Below are positions 1 through 7,053 of a stretch of 19,839 nucleotides of DNA, one piece after another. Location of the stretch: assembly GCA_038131935.1 (NCBI GenBank), contig JAYPQH010000012.1:1-19839 (forward strand), read 5' to 3'. A program made the translations under genes and the position numbers. The DNA is from Alphaproteobacteria bacterium (GTDB taxonomy: Bacteria > Pseudomonadota > Alphaproteobacteria > UBA8317). Below the pieces are notes generated by a model, which was given only the letters and a program-made list of their open reading frames with translations, was not told where the DNA came from and searched no databases. Position 1 is the stretch's first letter. Each line of letters starts with the position of its first letter.

Positions 1-678
1 CATTATTGGTTGAGAAAGCCGCATATTTCTGATCAACTATGTGGCAATCAACATTTTTTGCGTTGCATCAATCGTATGAACGATACAATTGATGGCTGCG
101 AGGTGAAGGGGCATATTGCGCTTGACGATGAGGATATTTATGACAAAAACCTCGACGTTGTGCAGCTTAGACGCCGTATTGGGATGGTATTCCAAAAGCC
201 TAACCCATTTCCCAAGTCTATTTTTGAAAATGTTGCATATGGCCCACGGATTCATGGTTTGGCTGCGAGTCGAGAAGAATTGGTTCATATCGTTGAGTCC
301 TCTTTGAAAAGAGCGGGGATTTGGGAAGAGGTTAAAGATAGGCTCGATGCCCCAGGAACGGGTCTCTCAGGTGGTCAACAGCAGCGCCTTTGTATTGCAA
401 GGGCAATAGCAGCAGATCCAGAAGTTATTTTGATGGATGAGCCTTGTTCCGCACTGGACCCGATTGCTACAGGCATTGTGGAAGATCTTATTGAAGAACT
501 CCGAGAAAAATATTGCATCATCATCGTAACACACTCGATGCAGCAAGCCGCGCGTGTCTCACAGAAAACCGCGTTCTTTCATCTTGGTCATCTGATTGAG
601 TTTGGTGATACAGGTCAATTGTTCACAAACCCAATAGAAGAAAAGACTCAAGATTACATTTCTGGTCGCTATGGTTGA
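1..678 (+). CDS. pstB: Phosphate ABC transporter ATP-binding protein PstB (5' truncated; Walker A region garbled)
   Basis: [31 protein letters not shown], signature [14 protein letters not shown], Walker [14 protein letters not shown]-loop [10 protein letters not shown]-terminal [10 protein letters not shown]; followed by phoU and phoB. The ORF-track start at 10 is not a real start. Confidence 0.95.
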   Translation, partial: HYWLRKPHISDQLCGNQHFLRCINRMNDTIDGCEVKGHIALDDEDIYDKNLDVVQLRRRIGMVFQKPNPFPKSIFENVAYGPRIHGLAASREELVHIVESSLKRAGIWEEVKDRLDAPGTGLSGGQQQRLCIARAIAADPEVILMDEPCSALDPIATGIVEDLIEELREKYCIIIVTHSMQQAARVSQKTAFFHLGHLIEFGDTGQLFTNPIEEKTQDYISGRYG

Positions 679-1399
679 TGTTTCTGTTCGCCCTGATGAA
701 TTAGGCACCAAGGTCACCTTAGATGGTTTGTTTGGGCTCGCGGGTCGCATGGCAGGCATGGTTGAAGAGCAATTATCACTTGTTGGTACATGTTTGGAAC
801 GTGATGACCCGATTTCAGCTCAAGCGGTCATAGATGGCGACCTTCATATCGATAAAATGGAACGTAAGCTTTTTGCGGATTCCGTTTCTGTTCTTGCACT
901 TCGTCAGCCTTTGGGGCGTGAATTGAGGCAAGTTGTTTCGTTCATAAAGATTGGTGCTGAGTTGGAACGCATCGGAGATTTGGCAAAGAACAATGCTAAG
1001 CGTCTGCTGGGGATTGGTGAAAATATTTCTCAGCTTCCACAGGCAGCATTTGTGCAGCTGCATCGAGGGGTAGGGCGGCAACTGGATGTGGTGTCGAACA
1101 TGATTGTTGTTCAAGACAGTGACACACTTCTCGCCATTCTTCGAGAAGATAAGGAGCTTGATGAACTCTATAATTCAATTTTTCGGGACCTCATGAACCA
1201 AATTGCTCAGGATAAGGATTTTGTCGATGTTGGGGTTCAAGGTTTGTTTATGGCAAAAAACCTTGAACGTATGGGTGATCATGTCACGAATGTTTCTGAA
1301 ACATTACATTATGGGGTTTCGGGCGTCCTTTTTGATGGTGGGCGGCCAAAGGGAGATATTACGCCGTTTTTGACAACTGCTGAGGATATAAAATCATGA
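671..1399 (+). CDS. phoU: Phosphate signalling complex protein PhoU
   Basis: Two PhoU repeats with [11 protein letters not shown] and [14 protein letters not shown], plus LALRQP; overlaps pstB stop; sits between pstB and phoB. Confidence 0.95.
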   Translation: MVDVSVRPDELGTKVTLDGLFGLAGRMAGMVEEQLSLVGTCLERDDPISAQAVIDGDLHIDKMERKLFADSVSVLALRQPLGRELRQVVSFIKIGAELERIGDLAKNNAKRLLGIGENISQLPQAAFVQLHRGVGRQLDVVSNMIVVQDSDTLLAILREDKELDELYNSIFRDLMNQIAQDKDFVDVGVQGLFMAKNLERMGDHVTNVSETLHYGVSGVLFDGGRPKGDITPFLTTAEDIKS

Positions 1400-2088
1400 A
1401 GCCATCTGTCTTGCTTGCTGAGGATGACCATACCATTCGCATGTTGTTGCATCACCATTTGGTGACTGAGGGGTATCGTGTTGTAGAAGCAAGTGGGGGG
1501 GACGCTGCTTGGGCTATTTTGGCGGAAAGCTTGCCGGATTTGGCGATTATTGATTGGATGATGCCTGGGATTTCAGGTTTGGAAATTTGCCGTCGGGTGC
1601 GGGCCACCTCACATATGAAATCGCTTCCTATCATTTTGATTACGGCTCGGGGTGAAGAAGCAGATCGTGTGAGAGGTCTAGAAATTGGTGCCGATGATTA
1701 TATCGTAAAACCATTTTCAATACATGAGGTCAAAGCGCGTATCCGAGCTGTTATGCGTCGTATTAGGCCAGCACTTGCAAATAATGAAGTTATGATTGGT
1801 GATATACTTATCGCCAAGGACAGCCGACGCGTCACGAGAAATGGGCGAGAAATACATCTTGGTCCACGGGAATTTGCCCTTCTAACCAGGCTCATGGATG
1901 CTCCCGGGCGTGTTTTTTGGCGTTGTCAGCTACTCGATAGCATCTGGGGACAAGAAAAGGATGTAGAAGAGCGTACGGGGGATGTTCATGTGGGCAGACT
2001 TCGTCGTGCGCTGAATACAAGATCCAGCCGGGATCCCATTCGAACTGTTAGATCTGCTGGGTATGCCTTTGACGAGACATTTGGGTAA
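1396..2088 (+). CDS. phoB: Phosphate regulon response regulator PhoB (OmpR family)
   Basis: Receiver motifs LAEDD, IIDWMMPG, ITARGEEADRVRGL, ADDYIVKPF; winged helix ending DPIRTVRSAGY; ATGA overlap with phoU. Confidence 0.95.
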   Translation: MKPSVLLAEDDHTIRMLLHHHLVTEGYRVVEASGGDAAWAILAESLPDLAIIDWMMPGISGLEICRRVRATSHMKSLPIILITARGEEADRVRGLEIGADDYIVKPFSIHEVKARIRAVMRRIRPALANNEVMIGDILIAKDSRRVTRNGREIHLGPREFALLTRLMDAPGRVFWRCQLLDSIWGQEKDVEERTGDVHVGRLRRALNTRSSRDPIRTVRSAGYAFDETFG

Positions 2089-2094
2089 GAGCGG

Positions 2095-2631
2095 TCACAC
2101 AAAACGTTGCTTGGTCATTGGGTAAATTTGACCATCACGTGGCTTGCGCTTGCGTGCTGGTTGATAAGCAACCTTCTTGTGAACATCACAGTAAACATCA
2201 CTTGTTGTTACTTTTCCTCCACAAAAATGAAAATCATCGTGAGCTGGATCCCCAACAGGCCAACGGCATGTGTGAAGGGTTAGCTCTAAAAGGGAGATAG
2301 GTCTCTCTGCCCATAGCTCCATGCGCGTAGGCACAGTCTCTGATTGCTCTGGTCTGAGAATTTGATTTTCATTGCGATGCACAAGAGGGGCCTTTCTGGG
2401 TTTGGCCTTTACGGGTTTTGCAGGCGCACGTGTCACCACAGATTTTTCTTGTTGAACTTTCTTGGTTTGTAATTTGGGTGTTGCAACACGTTCTGCGATG
2501 CCTAAACGGTGTACTTTTCCAATAACTGCATTACGGGTAGTCTCCCCTAAAGCCTTAGCGATTTGGCTTGCTGAATACCCCTCTGACCAGAGTTTCTTGA
2601 GCATGTTTACCCGATCTTCTGTCCAAGCCAT
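2095..2631 (-). CDS. gcrA: Cell cycle regulator GcrA
   Basis: N-terminal MAWTEDRVNMLKKLWSEGYSASQIAKALG..TRNAVIGKVHRLG and C-terminal LLELTLHTCRWPVGDP..DFHFCG..YCDVHKKVAYQP. Start moved to ATG 2631 because GGAGGA (complement of 2636-2641) lies 4 nt upstream. Confidence 0.95.
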   Translation of the reverse strand: MAWTEDRVNMLKKLWSEGYSASQIAKALGETTRNAVIGKVHRLGIAERVATPKLQTKKVQQEKSVVTRAPAKPVKAKPRKAPLVHRNENQILRPEQSETVPTRMELWAERPISLLELTLHTCRWPVGDPAHDDFHFCGGKVTTSDVYCDVHKKVAYQPARKRKPRDGQIYPMTKQRFV

Positions 2632-2654
2632 TGCATCCTCCCACATAGCAATTT

Positions 2655-2679
2655 AGGTTCCCCAACAAGGGGGCTTTTT
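2655..2679 (+). terminator. Possible weak intrinsic terminator-like hairpin (plus strand, antisense to the gcrA leader)
   Basis: TCCCC-AACAA-GGGGG stem-loop followed by CTTTTT; the stem is short. Confidence 0.25.
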
Positions 2680-2690
2680 GCACCTCGGTG

Positions 2691-2738
2691 ATACGATATA
2701 CTGTATATCGTGCGGTTCTGGTACACAAGATAGAGGGG
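2691..2738. promoter_or_regulatory. Tandem NrdR-box-like sites 32 bp apart; the first overlaps a 19-bp palindrome
   Basis: ATACGATATACTGTAT (2691-2706) and ACACAAGATAGAGGGG (2723-2738) each match 12/16 of acaCwAtATaTwGtgt by eye; palindrome ACGATATAC-T-GTATATCGT at 2693-2711. Confidence 0.45.
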
Positions 2739-2745
2739 GTGTGAT

Positions 2746-3573
2746 TTGCAATCTTATCCACAGAAAAATGCCCAACAACCACAAGATTTTGGGTCAAAGC
2801 CCATTGCAAGGGTCAATATCGTGGGGTTGTGGACGTTGCTCAGGCGCGAAATCAAACGCTTTATGCATGTTTTTATGCAAACGATCGTGGCACCTGTTAT
2901 GACAACCCTCATGTTCTTATCAGTTTTTGCGCTCGCGCTTGGGTCGGATCGACCTGATAATTTGGGTGTTCATTTTACGGTGTTCTTAGCACCTGGTCTG
3001 TTAATGATGACCATGTTGCAAAATGCCTTTGCAAACGCATCTTCATCCCTTCTACAGGCAAAGATGATGGGTGGTATCGTTGATCTCTTAATGCCTCCAA
3101 TTGGTCCAGGTGAGCTGTTGGTGGCTTTCATATCGGGGGCTATTATCAGGGCTTTGTTTATTGGGTTATTGGGTATTGTCATCATTATTCCCTTTCAAGC
3201 CCTTCCTGTTTCAGCTATCTGGGCTATTGTTTTGTTTGCCATTTTGGGCTCATCAATGATGGGTTTTTTGGGTGTTCTTGGGGGGTTATGGGCTGAGAAG
3301 TTTGATCATTTGGCCTCGGTGACCAATTTTTTGATTACCCCGCTGACATTTTTGTCAGGAACGTTTTATCTCCTGGAGCGATTGCCAGATTGGTTGGAAG
3401 GTTTTGCACGACTGAACCCTTTCTTTTATCTGATTGATGGTTTTCGTTATGGATTCTTAGGGCAGTCAGATGGCGACATCTTTGTGGGGCTTATCATTCT
3501 GTTTGGTTGTAATGCCGCGCTTGGATGTCTGAGTTTTGTTTTGCTGCGAAGGGGCTGGCGCATCAAGCATTAA
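2746..3573 (+). CDS. ABC-2 type transporter permease (YadH-like)
   Basis: GLWTLLRREIKRF, FLAPGLLMM..QNAFANAS, ITPLTFLSGTFY..LP..NPFFYLIDGFRYGF; several hydrophobic segments. TTG start with GAGGGGG upstream; start uncertain. Confidence 0.9.
   Translation: MQSYPQKNAQQPQDFGSKPIARVNIVGLWTLLRREIKRFMHVFMQTIVAPVMTTLMFLSVFALALGSDRPDNLGVHFTVFLAPGLLMMTMLQNAFANASSSLLQAKMMGGIVDLLMPPIGPGELLVAFISGAIIRALFIGLLGIVIIIPFQALPVSAIWAIVLFAILGSSMMGFLGVLGGLWAEKFDHLASVTNFLITPLTFLSGTFYLLERLPDWLEGFARLNPFFYLIDGFRYGFLGQSDGDIFVGLIILFGCNAALGCLSFVLLRRGWRIKH
2754..2762 (+). promoter_or_regulatory. DnaA box upstream of gcrA
   Basis: Exact TTATCCACA about 120 bp upstream of the gcrA start; gcrA is a known DnaA-activated gene in Caulobacter. 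Confidence 0.65.
2779..2794. promoter_or_regulatory. Third NrdR-box-like site
   Basis: CCACAAGATTTTGGGT matches all strongly conserved consensus positions and shares CACAAGAT with the 2723 site; it lies in the 5' end of the permease ORF. Confidence 0.4.
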
Positions 3574-3770
3574 TCGGATTGGCTTGATCGAGGGTTGAAA
3601 CCCTTCTGTTGGTATCATCTGCAAAAAAATATGTCTGCTTTTGTCGGGGCGTTATGGGCGACCACAATCAAAAAAAAAGGATAAGCTTTTTGTTTGTTAT
3701 GTCGAGGGGAACATGCCTTCTTAAGTCTGGTCAGATATTCTGCGCAGTTATTCTACCCCCGTTAAATGTG

Positions 3771-3799
3771 CTTGCGATCAAAAACTATCTTGCTACTCT
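3771..3799 (+). promoter_or_regulatory. Candidate sigma70-type promoter for argD-argF-hslO
   Basis: TTGCGA (3772-3777), 16 nt spacer, TACTCT (3794-3799) preceded by TGn; the CTTG...GCTA context resembles alphaproteobacterial housekeeping promoters. Would give a leader of about 150 nt. Confidence 0.35.
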
Positions 3800-3954
3800 A
3801 CGTAACGACCCATTGAAACATAATTTTGCAGCAGGAACATACAACATGATGCTGACATGAAGAGTTTACATAATTCATGATTGGTTTGTGAATTTGAGAT
3901 GGACAGATATCATGAATATGGATATGCGCGATATCTTAAGTATTTGGAGGTTTT

Positions 3955-5142
3955 ATGATGAGTATCCCTGATAATAGCTACATCCTACCAACCTATCCTC
4001 GCTCAGCCGTGGTGCCGGAACGCGGTGAAGGGGTTTATTTGTTTGATACGGAAGGGCGACGTTATCTGGATTTTACCTCTGGTATTGCGGTAACAGCGCT
4101 TGGTCATGCTCATCCCCATTTGGTCGACGCACTGACCCAACAAGCCAAAAAGTTATGGCATGTCTCTAATTTGTTTCACATCCCGGAGCAGGCACGTCTT
4201 GCTCAGCGGTTATGTGCAGCCAGTTTTGCCGATTATGCGTTTTTTTGTAACTCAGGCGCAGAGGCGCTGGAAGCCGCCATTAAAACAGCACGTCGTTATC
4301 ATTACGTAAATGGTAACCCACAGCGCAATCGGATCATCACTTTTGAGGGTGCGTTTCATGGCCGAACACTTGCAACCATAGCAGCAGGCGGTCAGGAAAA
4401 GTACCTTGAAGGCTTCGAACCAAGGATTGATGGATTTGACCAAGTGCCTTTTGCGGATCATGAAGCGCTAAAAGCCATGGTTGGACCAGAAACGGCGGCT
4501 ATTCTTATTGAACCTGTGCAAGGTGAAGGTGGCGTTCGTCGTGTTCCGGATCAATGCTTACAAGGATTACGTGCTCTATGTGATGAGCATGGTCTCTTGT
4601 TGATTGTGGATGAAGTCCAATCAGGGATTTATCGAACGGGAAAAATGTTCGCACATGAATATGCCGGTATCAAGCCAGATATCATGTCATTGGCAAAAGC
4701 TATTGGTGGCGGATTTCCATTTGGTGCTTGCCTAACAACCAAACAAGCGGGTTCAGGCATGACATTCGGTACCCATGGTACAACGTTTGGAGGTAATCCT
4801 CTCGCTGTGGCGGTTGGTAATGCGGTTATGGATGTTGTTACCGACACGGGTTTCCAGGAGCAAATAGCAGATGTTGGTCAATATTTTGATGAATCCCTGA
4901 AAGTCATAGCTAACAAACATTCACAAAAGGTTGTGGAATTGCGCGGGGTTGGGTATATACGAGGCCTTAAAATAGCCGATCACATCGTTGCTCGTGATGT
5001 TTTAGGTGCTTGTGCCCAGCAATCATTACTCGTGTGCACAGCCGGGGATAATGTTCTTCGGCTTTTGCCTCCGTTAATTATCACACGTGCTCATGTTGAT
5101 GAGGCTATAGCTGTTATTGATAGTGTTTTAACTGATATTTGA
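3955..5142 (+). CDS. argD: Acetylornithine aminotransferase (class III PLP enzyme)
   Basis: YLDFTSGIAV..LGHAHP, NSGAEA.EAAIK, FHGRT, EPVQGEGG, DEVQSG, PLP lysine in SLAKAIGGG, HGTTFGGNPL; GGAGG ribosome site; next to argF. Confidence 0.95.
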   Translation: MMSIPDNSYILPTYPRSAVVPERGEGVYLFDTEGRRYLDFTSGIAVTALGHAHPHLVDALTQQAKKLWHVSNLFHIPEQARLAQRLCAASFADYAFFCNSGAEALEAAIKTARRYHYVNGNPQRNRIITFEGAFHGRTLATIAAGGQEKYLEGFEPRIDGFDQVPFADHEALKAMVGPETAAILIEPVQGEGGVRRVPDQCLQGLRALCDEHGLLLIVDEVQSGIYRTGKMFAHEYAGIKPDIMSLAKAIGGGFPFGACLTTKQAGSGMTFGTHGTTFGGNPLAVAVGNAVMDVVTDTGFQEQIADVGQYFDESLKVIANKHSQKVVELRGVGYIRGLKIADHIVARDVLGACAQQSLLVCTAGDNVLRLLPPLIITRAHVDEAIAVIDSVLTDI

Positions 5143-5152
5143 TCAGTTTTTT
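5130..5152 (+). terminator. Weak hairpin plus T-run across the argD stop codon
   Basis: AACTGAT-ATTTG-ATCAGTT followed by TTTT; the stem is AT-rich. Confidence 0.25.
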
Positions 5153-5172
5153 GAAAAGAAGGCACGGGCCTG

Positions 5173-6126
5173 GTGAACGCGCCCGTGAATATACCGTTGG
5201 TTCGGCATTTTATAGATATACATGAGGTAGACCAAAAACACCTCAGAAGCATGTTGCAACATGCGCAAAGTAGAAAGCTGGCTCGTAAGGGTTACACCCG
5301 AGGCCGTCCTGATGCAGATTTGCCCTTAAAGGGGCAAACACTGGCGATGATTTTTGACAAACCATCGACACGTACGAGGGTCTCATTTGATATGGCAATG
5401 CGTCAGTTGGGTGGGGATACCATCATGTTGACGGGAGCAGAGATGCAGCTTGGTCGGGGAGAAACCATCGCGGATACAGCAAGGGTTTTGTCCCGTTATG
5501 TTGATGCTATTGTCATAAGAACAGGCAAACATGAAACCGTTAAAGAGCTCGCCGAGCACGCCACTGTTCCTGTAATCAATGGGCTTACCTACAAATCCCA
5601 CCCTTGTCAGTTGATGGCTGATATCATGACCTTTGAAGAGCGCCTGGGCGCAATTGATGGACGCGTTGTCTCATGGCTGGGGGATGGCAATAATGTGGCC
5701 CATTCATGGATACATGCTGCAACACAATTGGGCTTTGTCTTGCGACTTGCTTGTCCAGAGGAACTGCGTCCAGATGAGGATGTCATGGCCTGGGCTCGTG
5801 GCCATCATGGTGATGTCACGGTTATGGAAGATCCTTCAGAAGCGGTCGTAGACGCAGATTGTGTTGTGACGGATACATGGGTCTCGATGGGAGATAGTGA
5901 TGCTGTGCGTCGACATAATTTGCTACGGCCTTATCAAGTGAATGGTGCGCTGATGCAGGCGGCTGCAGATCACGCAATATTCATGCATTGTCTTCCCGCA
6001 CATCGTGGTGAAGAGGTTACATCAGAAGTTATTGATTCCACTAAGTCCGTTGTTTTTGATGAAGCCGAAAATCGTGTCCATGCCCAAAAAGCCATCTTGC
6101 AATGGTGTTTAGGAACTGCATCTTGA
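5173..6126 (+). CDS. argF: Ornithine carbamoyltransferase
   Basis: PSTRTR carbamoyl-phosphate motif, HPCQ, GDGNNV, DTWVSMG, MHCLP, EAENR; GTG start (alternative in-frame GTG at 5185). Confidence 0.96.
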   Translation: MNAPVNIPLVRHFIDIHEVDQKHLRSMLQHAQSRKLARKGYTRGRPDADLPLKGQTLAMIFDKPSTRTRVSFDMAMRQLGGDTIMLTGAEMQLGRGETIADTARVLSRYVDAIVIRTGKHETVKELAEHATVPVINGLTYKSHPCQLMADIMTFEERLGAIDGRVVSWLGDGNNVAHSWIHAATQLGFVLRLACPEELRPDEDVMAWARGHHGDVTVMEDPSEAVVDADCVVTDTWVSMGDSDAVRRHNLLRPYQVNGALMQAAADHAIFMHCLPAHRGEEVTSEVIDSTKSVVFDEAENRVHAQKAILQWCLGTAS

Positions 6127-7025
6127 CTGAGAAAACACAAGACTATGTCCGCCCCTTCATTTTGCGCCAAGGTGGTGTGAGGGGTCGTTTTGCAGCGTTA
6201 GACCAAACGGTAGATACCATCTTGCGCAAGCAGAATTATCCTGAAGCCATTGCCCGACTTGTGGGTGAGGCCATTGTGGTATGTGCCTTGGTAGCCAACG
6301 GTTTCAAATTGCGTCATCGGTTCTCCATTCAGTTAAAAACGGATGGAGAACTCCGTTTGCTTATGGCTGAATTCACCGCGGGCGGTGAAATGAGGGCTTA
6401 TGCTTCGTTTGATGATGCTGCTAGGTCATATTCTGCTGAACAGGCGTATAATCTTGTTGGGCGTGGAACAATGGCCATGATTATTGATAATGGACCAGGT
6501 AGTGAGCCTTATCAGGGAATTGTTCCGTTAACAGGTGGAGATTTTGCTGAAAGTGTTGAGTTCTATTTTAATCAATCAGATCAGATAGATACGGTTATCA
6601 GGCTCGGGGTTGCACAACAACAAGAGCCTGAAACGAAATACTTAGCCCGGGGGGTCTTGTTGCAAAATTTACCCGCTGATGGTGGGCTTGCCGTCGGTGG
6701 TGATGAGGATGCTTTCGTGACAGCGCAGGCCCTCTTACACACACTCAAAGATGTTGAATTGTATGATGAAGGTTTAGATGCCAATCAGCTTCTTTACAAT
6801 CTGTTTCATGAGATGGAAGTAGCTGTCCTAGATGATCAACAGGTCCATTTTGGATGTAGCTGTGCGCGCGAGCGTATTGGGGTAGCCATTTGTGTGTATG
6901 ATCAAGAAGGCGTCGAAAATCTTCCACCTCAGGAGATGATTGCGGCGGACTGCCAATTTTGTGGAGAACAATATGTGTTTTCAGGGGCTGAACTGAAAAT
7001 TTTGCAAGAAGAAAACCAATCCTAA
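6123..7025 (+). CDS. hslO: Hsp33 redox-regulated chaperone
   Basis: [36 protein letters not shown], zinc motif CSC...CQFC. Start placed at TTG 6123, overlapping the argF TGA, with AGGA upstream. Confidence 0.92.
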   Translation: MTEKTQDYVRPFILRQGGVRGRFAALDQTVDTILRKQNYPEAIARLVGEAIVVCALVANGFKLRHRFSIQLKTDGELRLLMAEFTAGGEMRAYASFDDAARSYSAEQAYNLVGRGTMAMIIDNGPGSEPYQGIVPLTGGDFAESVEFYFNQSDQIDTVIRLGVAQQQEPETKYLARGVLLQNLPADGGLAVGGDEDAFVTAQALLHTLKDVELYDEGLDANQLLYNLFHEMEVAVLDDQQVHFGCSCARERIGVAICVYDQEGVENLPPQEMIAADCQFCGEQYVFSGAELKILQEENQS

Positions 7026-7053
7026 AAATTTTGCATTCACATTTTCATTCAGC

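Noticed and set aside
2632-2760. CtrA box (TTAA-N7-TTAA) or CcrM GANTC site upstream of gcrA
   Set aside because: Searched by eye; neither is present in this interval.
3609-3860. 83-aa ORF in the permease-argD spacer
   Set aside because: TTG start without a clear ribosome site, no recognisable motif, runs through poly-A/T tracts and the candidate promoter.
3800-3954. ArgR (ARG) boxes or Pho boxes in the argD leader
   Set aside because: Only half-site fragments (TGAAT, ATTCA, TGACA) without correct spacing.
6996-7035. Direct repeat AAAATTTTGCA (6996-7006 and 7025-7035) at the hslO end
   Set aside because: Short, AT-rich, nothing mobile between the copies; not credible as a target-site duplication or terminator.
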